From positions 74,253 to 138,252 of the forward strand of contig DGAQ01000052.1 of assembly GCA_002382445.1 (NCBI GenBank): a DNA stretch of 64,000 bases, given 5' to 3'. The notes beneath the pieces were generated by a model. It saw only the letters and a list, made by a program, of their open reading frames with translations. It was not told the origin of the DNA and made no database searches. Positions within the stretch are counted from its first letter, which is position 1. The number at the start of each line of letters is the position of its first letter. Shown here in pieces: positions 20,770 through 29,774 of the stretch. Origin of the DNA: Porticoccaceae bacterium UBA4026 (GTDB taxonomy: Bacteria > Pseudomonadota > Gammaproteobacteria > Pseudomonadales > Porticoccaceae). Both the position numbers and the translations under genes were made by a program.

Positions 20770-21540
20770 GATTTTAAAGTTAAACTGATTGAAGCCCCTT
20801 CTCTGCCCCGCTTCAAAGCATTGCTCTGCTACATGAACCTCTCCATTGCTGGATACTACAATCGCGGTTGAGGCTCTCGTCCCATAACCCTCAGCAATAA
20901 TAAAGGGGGAGGAAAGTAAACTTTCCCACTCTGCAGGCACGCCAGTGTTAGGGAGTAGGTGCGGAGGATAGATTTTTTGCAAAGACAGCGCCTCAAGTAA
21001 TATTGGTAAGGCTTCGGCGTCAATTTTGCGGTCTACTATTATCTGGGACAACTGTTCCCGAGCATGAGAAACTTTGGGCCAGGGGCTGTCTAGGGCATGG
21101 TTACTGAGGGCATAGACTCCGGGCTCTAAGATAAGCCTCTGGTCGCCTTGGTTGTTTAGATAGAGCAGGGATACGCCATCATAAATCAGCAAATTAAAGC
21201 CATCATAACCTGATAGTCGAGCCGCGATTGAGTCAGTCCACTGATGAACATCATCACTAGAAGACAAGAAGTCAGTTACCAGTTTGCCTCGAGAGAGGAG
21301 TTTTGTCTGAGAAATATTGTTGCTATGAAACTCACGAAAGTTGGTTACAGCTGCGAACCGACCATTGCATTTTAGTCCCAACCAAGTACCGCCGGCTTGT
21401 TGATCTCTGCCGGCTAAAATTTGGCTATCAGTCCACCAGTGCATAGGCAGCGTTGGGCGTTCGTAGAATTCGTCACGATTAGAGATGACGATGAGAGGAG
21501 CATCGGGATGGCAATTAAAAGCAAAGGCAAGTAAACACAT
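20758..21540 (-). CDS. NRDE-family protein (DUF833, TANGO2-like)
   Basis: Trimmed to the ATG at complement 21538-21540, giving MCLLAFAF...LIVISNRDEFYERPT. The eponymous NRDE motif and an N-terminal Met-Cys are present. Confidence 0.75.
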   Translation of the reverse strand: MCLLAFAFNCHPDAPLIVISNRDEFYERPTLPMHWWTDSQILAGRDQQAGGTWLGLKCNGRFAAVTNFREFHSNNISQTKLLSRGKLVTDFLSSSDDVHQWTDSIAARLSGYDGFNLLIYDGVSLLYLNNQGDQRLILEPGVYALSNHALDSPWPKVSHAREQLSQIIVDRKIDAEALPILLEALSLQKIYPPHLLPNTGVPAEWESLLSSPFIIAEGYGTRASTAIVVSSNGEVHVAEQCFEAGQRRGFNQFNFKILVD

Positions 21541-21645
21541 ACTCAGAGTATAACTATTTCCACTTTTGTCTGTCATCCTTCTTGGCAGTAATGAGTATAA
21601 ACCGCTATGATCAGCGCAACAGTATTTTTGGAGCACTCTTCGCCG

Positions 21646-22467
21646 ATGTTAACCTATCCATCTATTGATCCAGTGGTTTTATCAGTTGGCCCACTGCAAG
21701 TGCATTGGTACGGCGTGATGTACCTGTTAGGCTTTATTGTGGCTTGGCGCTTGGCGCTCCGCAACAGTCAGAGACCTTGGTCTCCTATCAAAAAGAATCA
21801 GGTGGAAGACCTAATTGTCTATGGAGCCTGGGGCGTTATCTTAGGTGGTCGCTTGGGTTACATGTTTTTCTATGGTGCCGACAAATGGTTGGCAGACCCA
21901 GCGATGTTGATCCGTATATGGGAAGGGGGCATGTCTTTTCATGGGGGCTTAATGGGGGTTGCAATAGCTATATTGATTTATAGCCGTAAGTATCAGGTTC
22001 CGTTTCTTGGTTTGACCGATTTTGTCACGCCACTTGTTCCTGCAGGATTACTGTTCGGGCGATTGGGCAACTTTATTGGGCAAGAACTTTATGGAAGGCC
22101 TACCGATGTGTCATGGGCAATGGTTTTTCCAGCGGACCCAGAGCAACTTGCTCGACACCCCTCGCAACTCTATGAGGCCGCCTTAGAAGGATTAGTTTTG
22201 TTCCTGATCATTAATTGGTTTGCTCGCAAGCCAAGGCTTTACGGCCATGTGACCGGGTTGTTTTTGATTCTTTACGGAGTTTTTAGGTTTGCAGTGGAAT
22301 TTGTAAGGCAGCCAGATGCGCAATTTGTGGGCCAATCTGCTCTCGTCGAGTCTTTCAGTTGGATGACGCGTGGCCAGACACTGTGTATTCCTATGATCAT
22401 CCTAGGCCTGTGGTTTACGCGTAAAAGCGTCCAGCGCTTGCTTGGCAAATCGGTTAGTTCCTCATGA
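21646..22467 (+). CDS. lgt: prolipoprotein diacylglyceryl transferase
   Basis: Trimmed to the ATG at 21646 ([27 protein letters not shown], compare E. coli [24 protein letters not shown]). Also GGMSFHGGL and GRLGNFI. Confidence 0.92.
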   Translation: MLTYPSIDPVVLSVGPLQVHWYGVMYLLGFIVAWRLALRNSQRPWSPIKKNQVEDLIVYGAWGVILGGRLGYMFFYGADKWLADPAMLIRIWEGGMSFHGGLMGVAIAILIYSRKYQVPFLGLTDFVTPLVPAGLLFGRLGNFIGQELYGRPTDVSWAMVFPADPEQLARHPSQLYEAALEGLVLFLIINWFARKPRLYGHVTGLFLILYGVFRFAVEFVRQPDAQFVGQSALVESFSWMTRGQTLCIPMIILGLWFTRKSVQRLLGKSVSSS

Positions 22468-23369
22468 AGCAATATTTAGACTTAATTCGACATATTCGCG
22501 ATCATGGTGTAAAAAAGGAAGATCGAACGGGAACGGGTACGGTAAGCATTTTTGGCCATCAGTTGCGGTTTGATTTGGCAGCAGGATTTCCCTTAGTTAC
22601 TAGTAAAAAAGTACATCTAAAGTCAATAATACATGAACTACTGTGGTTTATTCGCGGTGACACTAACATCCGTTATTTGGTGAACAATGGAGTTGGCATT
22701 TGGAACGACTGGCCTTATCAAAGCTGGTTACGAGAGACAGGTCAAGATGAGACCTTGACTATGTACTCACCAGAATGGACCGCGCAAAAGAAGTTGTTCA
22801 TAGAGAGAATTAAGGCGGATGCCGATTTCGCTGATGAGTACGGAGACCTTGGCCCTGTTTACGGCAAGCAATGGCGCGATTTTGGCGGAGTTGATCAGTT
22901 GGCACAATTAATCGACGACATTAATACTGATCCGGACTCTCGACGTCTAATTGTTTCTGCCTGGAACCCTCAAGACATTCCCGTAATGGTGAGGTCGGGG
23001 CTACCACCTTGCCACAGTTTGTTTCAGTTTTACGTGGCTGAGGGCCGACTCAGTTGTCAGCTCTATCAACGCAGTGCCGATGTGTTTCTCGGGGTGCCTT
23101 TTAACATTGCTTCATACGCTCTACTTACGCTCATGATAGCCCAGGTGACAGGACTAGAGCCCGGTGACTTTGTTCATACTTTTGGGGATGCCCATCTCTA
23201 TCTAAATCATATGGATCAGGTTAATGAGCAGTTGTCTCGCGATACCTTTCCGCTGCCAACTCTTATGATCAATCCGTTGGTGGACAACCTGTTTGATTTT
23301 GTTTTTGAGGATTTTGAATTACGGGGCTATCAATCTCACGCTGCTATCTCAGCGCCGGTTGCGGTGTAA
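22464..23369 (+). CDS. thyA: thymidylate synthase (ThyA, long form with insertion)
   Basis: 301 aa. EDRTGTGT, catalytic Cys in [12 protein letters not shown], and [20 protein letters not shown]. It overlaps the lgt stop by 4 nt. Confidence 0.95.
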   Translation: MKQYLDLIRHIRDHGVKKEDRTGTGTVSIFGHQLRFDLAAGFPLVTSKKVHLKSIIHELLWFIRGDTNIRYLVNNGVGIWNDWPYQSWLRETGQDETLTMYSPEWTAQKKLFIERIKADADFADEYGDLGPVYGKQWRDFGGVDQLAQLIDDINTDPDSRRLIVSAWNPQDIPVMVRSGLPPCHSLFQFYVAEGRLSCQLYQRSADVFLGVPFNIASYALLTLMIAQVTGLEPGDFVHTFGDAHLYLNHMDQVNEQLSRDTFPLPTLMINPLVDNLFDFVFEDFELRGYQSHAAISAPVAV

Positions 23370-23372
23370 GCA

Positions 23373-23870
23373 ATGAAGCTGTCATTAATAGTAGCAATGA
23401 GCCGTAATGGGGTTATTGGCTTAGATAATCGACTGCCTTGGCATTTGCCTGAAGACCTTCGTTATTTTAAATCGGTAACAATGGGGAAACCTATCATTAT
23501 GGGACGAAAAACCTTCGATTCTATAGGTCGCCCGCTGCCAGGCCGCTGCAATATTGTTGTTACACGCAATCCGAGTTGGACAGAATCCGACGTTAAGGTC
23601 GCCCAGACTATGGAGCAAGCAATACTTTTAGGGCAGCAGGCCTGCCAAGATAGTGGGGGTGATGAGTTGATGGTTATCGGTGGAGAACAAATTTATAGTG
23701 CCACTGTAGCCTCAGCAGATCGCATCTACCTTACTGAGGTCGATGCTGACATTAAGGGAGATGCATTTTTCCCTGGTTTTAATAGAGATGCATGGAACCA
23801 AGTTAAAGTTCAGTACCCTGAGCGAGCCGACAATCCGTCATATCGGTTTTTGGTGCTAGACCGTATTTAA
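23373..23870 (+). CDS. folA: dihydrofolate reductase
   Basis: 165 aa. IVAMSRNGVIGLDNRLPWHLPEDLRYFK, GRKTFDSIG and VIGGEQIY. Confidence 0.92.
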   Translation: MKLSLIVAMSRNGVIGLDNRLPWHLPEDLRYFKSVTMGKPIIMGRKTFDSIGRPLPGRCNIVVTRNPSWTESDVKVAQTMEQAILLGQQACQDSGGDELMVIGGEQIYSATVASADRIYLTEVDADIKGDAFFPGFNRDAWNQVKVQYPERADNPSYRFLVLDRI

Positions 23871-24088
23871 CTTCCGGTGGTTCCATTGAGCTGAAGATGT
23901 TACCTTAGGTAACAAGATTGAAACTTCTTGCTTTAAACTCGGCTTTTTCGAAACAGCTAATTTGATTCTTTAAGATGAGACTGTTACAAAGGTGCGTTGA
24001 GGAAAAAGTAAGGTTTCTCTTGGAACGATTGTGCTGAACTTAAGCGCTATTTAGAACACTAATCTGGTAGACCCAAATTGAGGGAACT

Positions 24089-24871
24089 ATGAATAAGCAA
24101 CCACTAAAAGCATTAGCACTTGTCGCTGCGCTAATCGGTGGTCTGACTGCAAGTGCAGTTCAGGCAACTGAGGTAAACGACGTGTTAAAAGCTGGAGCCG
24201 TTAAGGTTAAAACAGCGAAAACAGCACAGGTCCAGGTTGATCGTATCGCCGATCAAACGGACGGGCTTCTACAAGAATTTAAACAGGTCAACAAGCAAAT
24301 CGAATCGCTGCGGGTTTATAACTCTCAGCTAGATCGTCAGATTGTTAGTCAGAAGACGATGATGGCTGAGCTTCAAGAGTCGATCGAGAACGCTACTGTT
24401 ATTGAGCGAGGTATCTCTCCGCTAATGGTCAGCATGCTTGACGGTCTGGATGATTTCATCTCCTTGGATATGCCGTTTAAAACAGAGGCGCGTAGCGCTG
24501 CGATTGCCGAGTTAAGCATAAATCTCGATAGCGCCAAATTCTCTGCGGCTGAGAAATTCCGCCAGATTTTGGAAGTTTATGATATTGAGTCGGCTTACAG
24601 TCTCTCTTTGGAATCTTACCGGGACATGGTTGATATCAATTCTGATGGCTCAGAAGTAGAGGTAGAAATGCTTCGTATCGGACGAGTTGCTCTGATGTAT
24701 CAAACTAAAGACAAATCTCAGACGGGTGCATGGAATAAGACTACAGGTGCTTGGGAAACGCTCGACAGCGATTATCGTCGAGCGGTAAACCAGGGCATTC
24801 GAATTGCGAAGAAGCTTTCGCCTCAGGATGTTATGCAAATGCCAATTACAGCGCCGGAGATAGCACAATGA
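24089..24871 (+). CDS. DUF3450 periplasmic coiled-coil protein (TtpB-like, TonB2-system associated)
   Basis: Signal peptide, coiled-coil N-half and a conserved C-half (MPFKTEAR...ILEVYDIESAY...RIGRVALMYQT). It is the first gene of an ExbB/ExbD/TonB cluster. Confidence 0.75.
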   Translation: MNKQPLKALALVAALIGGLTASAVQATEVNDVLKAGAVKVKTAKTAQVQVDRIADQTDGLLQEFKQVNKQIESLRVYNSQLDRQIVSQKTMMAELQESIENATVIERGISPLMVSMLDGLDDFISLDMPFKTEARSAAIAELSINLDSAKFSAAEKFRQILEVYDIESAYSLSLESYRDMVDINSDGSEVEVEMLRIGRVALMYQTKDKSQTGAWNKTTGAWETLDSDYRRAVNQGIRIAKKLSPQDVMQMPITAPEIAQ

Positions 24872-26235
24872 AAATGAAATTCGTTCAAGTTATCCTGGCC
24901 TTTGCTGCCACTGTTGCCTTCACTATGCCTGCTGTGGCTCAAGACGCAAAAACCTTAGACGAGTTGTTGATGATGATTGAGACTTCCTCAATTTCAGAAA
25001 CAGCCGATTACCGACAGCGCGAAGCGGCTTTTAAAAGTGATCAGCGCAAGCAAGCGCAATTATTAAGCAAAGCGCAAAACGAGCAAACTGCCGAAGAGCA
25101 GCGATCAGATCGTCTGGAGCAGAACATTCGCGACAATGACGCGCTAATAATTACCTTGCGCGAGCAGCGTGACAAGCGTCTTGGTTCGTTAAAAGAGTTG
25201 TTTGGCCATTTAACTGGGGCTGCTGGTGATATTCGCGCCAATCTTAATCAGTCAATTGTTAGCGCTCAGATTCCTGGTCGCACTGAATTCTTGGATGAAT
25301 TGATTGACAAAATGAGCAGTGATACCCGCTTGCCCTCAATCAAAGACATTGAAAAACTTTGGTATGAGCAGCAACGAGAAATGGTTGAAAGCTCACGAGT
25401 TGTTAAATTTAATCGTTCCGTATTGCTCACTAATGGTGAGCAGGCAGAAATGGAAGTCGTTCGAGTGGGTACTTACAATTTAGTTTCAGATGGTATGTAT
25501 TTAGAGTACAGCCCCGACAGTGGCTTGGTGTCACAGTTGGCGCGTCAGCCCAATGCTCATCAGTCATCTGCGTCAGATCTCCAAGCTGCAGAATCCGGTT
25601 TCACCAAAACGGGCCTTGATCCAACAGGACCATTGGGTGGAGGTTTACTTAGTGCCTTGATCAATACACCGACGTTAATTGAGCGTTGGCACTTTGGTGG
25701 TATCGTTGGTTATGTAATCACCGCTGTATTTGCCTTTGCTATTGTCCTCGCCGGTTGGCGCTTTGTGGTTCTTCAGGGCATGTCAGCAAAAGTAAGTGCC
25801 CAGCTTTCAGGCGACAAGCCTGATACCACTAATCCTCTGGGACGAGTTTTGCAAATTGGTGCTGATAATGCAGGCTTAGACCCTGAATCACTGGAGCTTA
25901 AGTTGCACGAAGCGGTGCTTAAAGAGCGCCCGGAAATCGAGTCAGGTTTAAATCTGTTGAAAGTTATTTCAATGGTTGCGCCTTTGATGGGTCTTTTGGG
26001 AACGGTAACAGGTATGATTATTACTTTCCAGATGATTACTCTTTATGGTGCTGGTGATCCTAAGGCAATGGCTGGCGGTATCTCTCAGGCGTTGATCACT
26101 ACAGTATTAGGACTTGTTGTGGCTATTCCAACAGTACTGATGCACACCCTAGTGAATGGCAAAGCGCAACGTATTTTGCATGTTCTGGAAGAGCAGAGCG
26201 CTGGCATTGTGGCTGGTTCAGTAGAGGCCCGTTAA
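24868..26235 (+). CDS. large MotA/TolQ/ExbB-family proton-channel protein (TtpC-like)
   Basis: Trimmed to the ATG at 24868 (ATGA overlap with the upstream stop). It has a signal/anchor, a long periplasmic coiled-coil region and a C-terminal MotA/ExbB domain (PLMGLLGTVTGMIITF...GGISQALITT). Confidence 0.85.
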   Translation: MKMKFVQVILAFAATVAFTMPAVAQDAKTLDELLMMIETSSISETADYRQREAAFKSDQRKQAQLLSKAQNEQTAEEQRSDRLEQNIRDNDALIITLREQRDKRLGSLKELFGHLTGAAGDIRANLNQSIVSAQIPGRTEFLDELIDKMSSDTRLPSIKDIEKLWYEQQREMVESSRVVKFNRSVLLTNGEQAEMEVVRVGTYNLVSDGMYLEYSPDSGLVSQLARQPNAHQSSASDLQAAESGFTKTGLDPTGPLGGGLLSALINTPTLIERWHFGGIVGYVITAVFAFAIVLAGWRFVVLQGMSAKVSAQLSGDKPDTTNPLGRVLQIGADNAGLDPESLELKLHEAVLKERPEIESGLNLLKVISMVAPLMGLLGTVTGMIITFQMITLYGAGDPKAMAGGISQALITTVLGLVVAIPTVLMHTLVNGKAQRILHVLEEQSAGIVAGSVEAR

Positions 26236-26236
26236 G

Positions 26237-26761
26237 ATGTTTTTCGAAGATACGATTGCCGACGTAGGGAAATTTATGGATTCAGGCGGCCCGGTCCTTT
26301 GGGCTATTGTCGTCCTGCTGTTCGTAATGTGGACTCTTATTTTTGAGCGATTGTGGTATCTCCGATCCATTGTTAGCGTGGATGTTCAGGGAGCTATCGA
26401 TACCTGGGAGGCGCGCAAAGAACGAAAGTCTAAGCACGCTCACCAGGTTAGAGAAAAGATAATCTCTGAGGTTAGCCTTGAAATTAACACCAACATGATG
26501 ATGATCAAAACTCTGATTGCCTTAGCCCCATTGTTCGGCTTACTGGGTACGGTAACCGGCATGATCACAGTGTTTGATGTCATGGCCTTCACTGGTGGTG
26601 GCGACGTCAAGGCAATGGCTGGTGGCGTTTCTCAGGCGACGGTTCCGACTATGTCAGGGATGGTTGCCGCGCTGTCAGGGGTATTCGCAATGACTTACGT
26701 TGATCGAATGGCCCTCCGGGAGCAACAGCTACTGGAAGATCATTTGACCATGGATCATTAA
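26237..26761 (+). CDS. exbB: MotA/TolQ/ExbB proton-channel protein
   Basis: 174 aa, three TM segments, PLFGLLGTVTGMITVF and GGVSQATVPT. It starts 1 nt after the preceding stop. Confidence 0.85.
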   Translation: MFFEDTIADVGKFMDSGGPVLWAIVVLLFVMWTLIFERLWYLRSIVSVDVQGAIDTWEARKERKSKHAHQVREKIISEVSLEINTNMMMIKTLIALAPLFGLLGTVTGMITVFDVMAFTGGGDVKAMAGGVSQATVPTMSGMVAALSGVFAMTYVDRMALREQQLLEDHLTMDH

Positions 26762-26804
26762 ATGGTGGTTGCTATATTCCTAGCAACACCGATGAGAGAC
26801 AACT

Positions 26805-27209
26805 ATGCGCAATAGAACAGGTAAATCACAAGATCAGGGCCAGACAATCGATCTGACCCCAATGCTTGACGTGGTTTTCATTATGCTTATCTTTTTCATT
26901 GTTACGGCAACATTTATTAAGCTACCCGGCGTGGAAGTAAATAAAATGGACACGGTCACAGAACAATCCTATAAAAAGGTGCAAATCTTAGTGGCGGTGA
27001 GCGAGAACAATGAATTTTGGATTGATAAAAAACGGATCGAACCCTCCGCATTAAAAATCAATCTAAGCAGAATGTTTAATGAAAATCCAAAGGGCGGCAT
27101 GGTCATCCAAGCCGATAATGAGTCCAATATTGAATCGGTTGCCAAGGTAGCTGATATCGCGCGCGATATCGGTATTTCCCCCGTAGCGATTTCTGTTGAA
27201 AACGACTGA
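26805..27209 (+). CDS. exbD: ExbD/TolR biopolymer transport protein
   Basis: 134 aa. IDLTPMLDVVFIMLIFFIV single TM followed by a periplasmic domain. Confidence 0.85.
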   Translation: MRNRTGKSQDQGQTIDLTPMLDVVFIMLIFFIVTATFIKLPGVEVNKMDTVTEQSYKKVQILVAVSENNEFWIDKKRIEPSALKINLSRMFNENPKGGMVIQADNESNIESVAKVADIARDIGISPVAISVEND

Positions 27210-27218
27210 GTTAATAGT

Positions 27219-27824
27219 ATGGATGTAATGAGAGTTGGAATTTCGGCTGCACTTGGTATGGTAGCGACCTTTGGGTTGGTTATGTTGATGTACACATTAA
27301 TTGACTCTGGCAGTAAAGAACTAGACGAAGGGCCGACCATTAAGATACCTGATTTCCTGCATGTTGACCGAGATGTTACCGAGAATGTAAAGAAGACTGA
27401 GGTTAAAAAGCCTGACGATCCTGAGACGCCGCCACCGGAAATTCCAGAAGAGAACTTGCAATTTGAAGTCCCTGATAATGTTGTGAGCATGGCGGCTCCT
27501 AAAGTTGGTGGCACCATGCAGGTAGGGATGGGAGCTTTCTCTAGGGATTCAGATTATATTCCAGTGTATGTCCCGCAACCGCAGTACCCACGACGGGCCC
27601 AGACCAGAGGGAAAGAAGGCTACGCTGTGGTTGAAGTCATAATTACCTCAACAGGCGGTGTTCGTGACCCTGTTATGATCGAAGAATTTCCAGAAGGTTG
27701 GGGTTTTGGTAGTGCAGCGGTTAAAGCGGCATTAAAACTAAAATACAACCCAAGAGTAATTGATGGCGTTGGCCAGGAAGTTACTGGTGTGTTGTATAAA
27801 TTTACCTTCCAGATGGCGAAGTAA
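27219..27824 (+). CDS. tonB: TonB-family energy transducer
   Basis: N-terminal TM, Pro/Glu-rich spacer KKPDDPETPPPEIPEE, and a C-terminal TonB domain (YPRRAQTRGKEGYAVVEVIIT...). Confidence 0.8.
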   Translation: MDVMRVGISAALGMVATFGLVMLMYTLIDSGSKELDEGPTIKIPDFLHVDRDVTENVKKTEVKKPDDPETPPPEIPEENLQFEVPDNVVSMAAPKVGGTMQVGMGAFSRDSDYIPVYVPQPQYPRRAQTRGKEGYAVVEVIITSTGGVRDPVMIEEFPEGWGFGSAAVKAALKLKYNPRVIDGVGQEVTGVLYKFTFQMAK

Positions 27825-27834
27825 GGAGACCCCT

Positions 27835-29238
27835 ATGTTTAATAGATTAAAAGTTCTAGCAGTAGTGGGTGCCGCTTTTTTACTGCCATTGATGGCCTCA
27901 GTGAATTCTCCCGACTCGGTGTTTTCAATGAGCGCTGTGGCCGCAGAAGATGAAGAACCCAAGTATAAAAACGTAAAGACTCGTAAAAGAGAGTCGGTCG
28001 GCAAAACCTGCGCGCAGGCCTTAGACAAAGTGCAAGGTGAGAATGGGCCCATTTTTGCTGCCGGTGAATTAGGCGAAAAAGCAGATGCCTCTCTGTTATG
28101 GATGGAGGCCAAAACGATGCTTAATGATATCGAAAGTCGGACCAAGGTCTGCGCTTCGGATTATGAGCAGAGCCAGGTGTGGAATATGCTTGGTTATGTT
28201 TTTTATTCTATGGATGACTTCACTGGCGCGACCGGATACTACAAAAAAGTGGTTGAGGGCGTCGGAACTCCACCGGAGATGAAGTTAGATACCCGCTATA
28301 CCCTAGCTCAATTTTATGCGATGCAAGAGAAATATGCTTTAGCTGTTGAGCAGCTTGAGATATGGATAGACTCAGCGATTATTGTTGGTTTGGATGCACG
28401 TATGCTGATAGCGCAGCTCTACTATCAATTGGAGCGTAAAGAGGACGCTTTAATAATGGTGGAAATTGCTATAGATGAATCTGAGGCAAAAGATATATTG
28501 CCGAAAGAGACTATGTGGTCGCTGCAGAGGGTACTTTATTACGAGAAAGATGATATTAAAAAGGTGACATCGATACTGCAACAATTGGTTAAGCACTATC
28601 CTAAGTGGACTTACTGGAAGCAGTTAGGTGGCATGTACGGCAGCCAAGAGCGTGAACTCGATCAGTTGGTCGCCACAGAGATGGTCTATCTCAATGATCA
28701 GTTGACGACTGAAAGCCAGGTCATGAGTATGGCGTATATGTACCTAGGAGCCGAAGTGCCTTATCGCGCGGCAAAGATTATCGATAGAGGCATGAGCGAC
28801 GAGATTATAGAGAAAACCGCTAAAAATCTTGAGGTACTTGGCCAAGCTTGGTGGGCAGCCAAAGATTTAACCAGCGCGCTTAAAGCATTTGAGAGTGCCT
28901 CGAGGGAGTCTGATAGTGGCGAACTGCAATCAAGGATTGCTTCTATTTATCTCGACTTAGGTAATGACAGCAAGGCTTATAAAGCGGCGCAGAAGGCGGC
29001 GGAGAAAGGCTCGATTAAAAATCCATCAGCCAATTATGCCACCATGGGTAGTGCCTTGGTTAATTTACACTGTTACAAGGATGCTGTCTCGGCGTTTAAA
29101 GAGTCAGTTAAAGCGGCAACGACCAAAAAGAGTAAGCGCTTTCCTCAGCAGTGGATTAAGTTTGCCGATGCTGAAGGCGCTAGGTTGCAAAGGTTACGCG
29201 ATGTTGGCGCGACTGTTCCAGGTTGCAATAAGGCTTAA
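27835..29238 (+). CDS. TPR-repeat protein (TtpD-like, last gene of the TonB2-type cluster)
   Basis: Trimmed to the ATG at 27835, preceded by AAGGAG. It has a signal peptide (VLAVVGAAFLLPLMASV) and repeated TPR-like A/Y/L-rich helices. Confidence 0.7.
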   Translation: MFNRLKVLAVVGAAFLLPLMASVNSPDSVFSMSAVAAEDEEPKYKNVKTRKRESVGKTCAQALDKVQGENGPIFAAGELGEKADASLLWMEAKTMLNDIESRTKVCASDYEQSQVWNMLGYVFYSMDDFTGATGYYKKVVEGVGTPPEMKLDTRYTLAQFYAMQEKYALAVEQLEIWIDSAIIVGLDARMLIAQLYYQLERKEDALIMVEIAIDESEAKDILPKETMWSLQRVLYYEKDDIKKVTSILQQLVKHYPKWTYWKQLGGMYGSQERELDQLVATEMVYLNDQLTTESQVMSMAYMYLGAEVPYRAAKIIDRGMSDEIIEKTAKNLEVLGQAWWAAKDLTSALKAFESASRESDSGELQSRIASIYLDLGNDSKAYKAAQKAAEKGSIKNPSANYATMGSALVNLHCYKDAVSAFKESVKAATTKKSKRFPQQWIKFADAEGARLQRLRDVGATVPGCNKA

Positions 29239-29265
29239 GTAAGACTCAACGATGACTTTGAGAAA

Positions 29266-29299
29266 TAAAAAAAGCCCGGCCAAATGCCCGGGCTTTTTT
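29266..29299. terminator. bidirectional rho-independent terminator
   Basis: AAAAAAGCCCGG-CCAAATGC-CCGGGCTTTTTT. The GC core is flanked by an A-run and a T-run, so it can terminate the TonB cluster (+) and whatever is read from the minus strand. Confidence 0.8.
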
Positions 29300-29318
29300 G
29301 TGTCACTTACCTTTTGAC

Positions 29319-29725
29319 TCACGCTTTATAGCTCAGCAACGTCGTGAATATCGCCTTTTTTATCGCCATAGCTACTTTTCTTGGGGCCGATCGACTAACC
29401 AGACCTGGAGTTATATTCTAGCCATTGGAGATACAAACTAAGGCATCGGCACATTGAGCATTAACCAAATATCTGACAGAATCAGCGATAATATCTCCTG
29501 AGACCAGCGCATAAACCATTCCATCATGGCCCATGGTGATATCATCACCCACGGCAATAAGCGGGCGATCTCGGGTGACTCCTTTAATCTTAGCAACTAT
29601 GCAGGCACAAATTACCCCGGTGCTTTAGGTTCAACTGACTTGATTCCAGCCACCCGCCTAAGCGCTCGGCCACCGGCAATATTGCGTCTTTGATTGGTCG
29701 TGTGCGAAGGATATTTATGGGGTTC
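29319..29725 (-). pseudogene. ilvD: decayed N-terminal remnant of dihydroxy-acid dehydratase (ilvD)
   Basis: There is no ORF of 60 aa or more here. Hand translation of the minus strand gives [37 protein letters not shown] followed by TAA. In another frame it gives [66 protein letters not shown], then TAG, then NITPGLVS. These are collinear with E. coli IlvD [26 protein letters not shown]...GKP...[53 protein letters not shown]. The start codon is lost, there is a frameshift and an in-frame stop, and most of the gene is missing. Confidence 0.7.
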
Positions 29726-29774
29726 AAGCTTAGTCTAATGGCCAGTTGGCGAAGACCACTATAGACTCTCCTTT

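Noticed and set aside
23871-24088. Fur box upstream of the TonB2-type cluster.
   Set aside because: Nothing close to GATAATGATAATCATTATC was found by eye. This is reported as an absence inside the TonB finding rather than as a feature.
24751-24867. N-terminal extensions of track ORFs: 24751 (TtpC-like), 27760 (TPR), 10624-10734 (coaBC), 17832-17942 (HAD), 21541-21636 (NRDE), 21607-21645 (lgt), 53972-54004 (RND), 54217-54246 (DUF1295), 57442-57459 (pfp) and 35416-35451 (sulfatase-like).
   Set aside because: The extensions overlap neighbouring genes or promoter regions and lack homology to the family N-termini. Internal ATGs give canonical N-termini, signal peptides or SD sequences, so the starts were trimmed.
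26969-27517. 182-aa antisense ORF across exbD/tonB. Also the 135-aa antisense ORF at 27738-28145 and the RRRRRRR-containing alternative-frame ORF at 28964-29242.
   Set aside because: These have Ser/Gly/Thr- or Arg-rich low-complexity translations and lie entirely inside well-supported genes. They are shadow ORFs.
29329-29336. TAGCTCAG, resembling a tRNA D-arm, in the ORF-free gap.
   Set aside because: There is no acceptor stem, anticodon arm or T-arm around it. The stretch is explained by the tail of the ilvD remnant frame.
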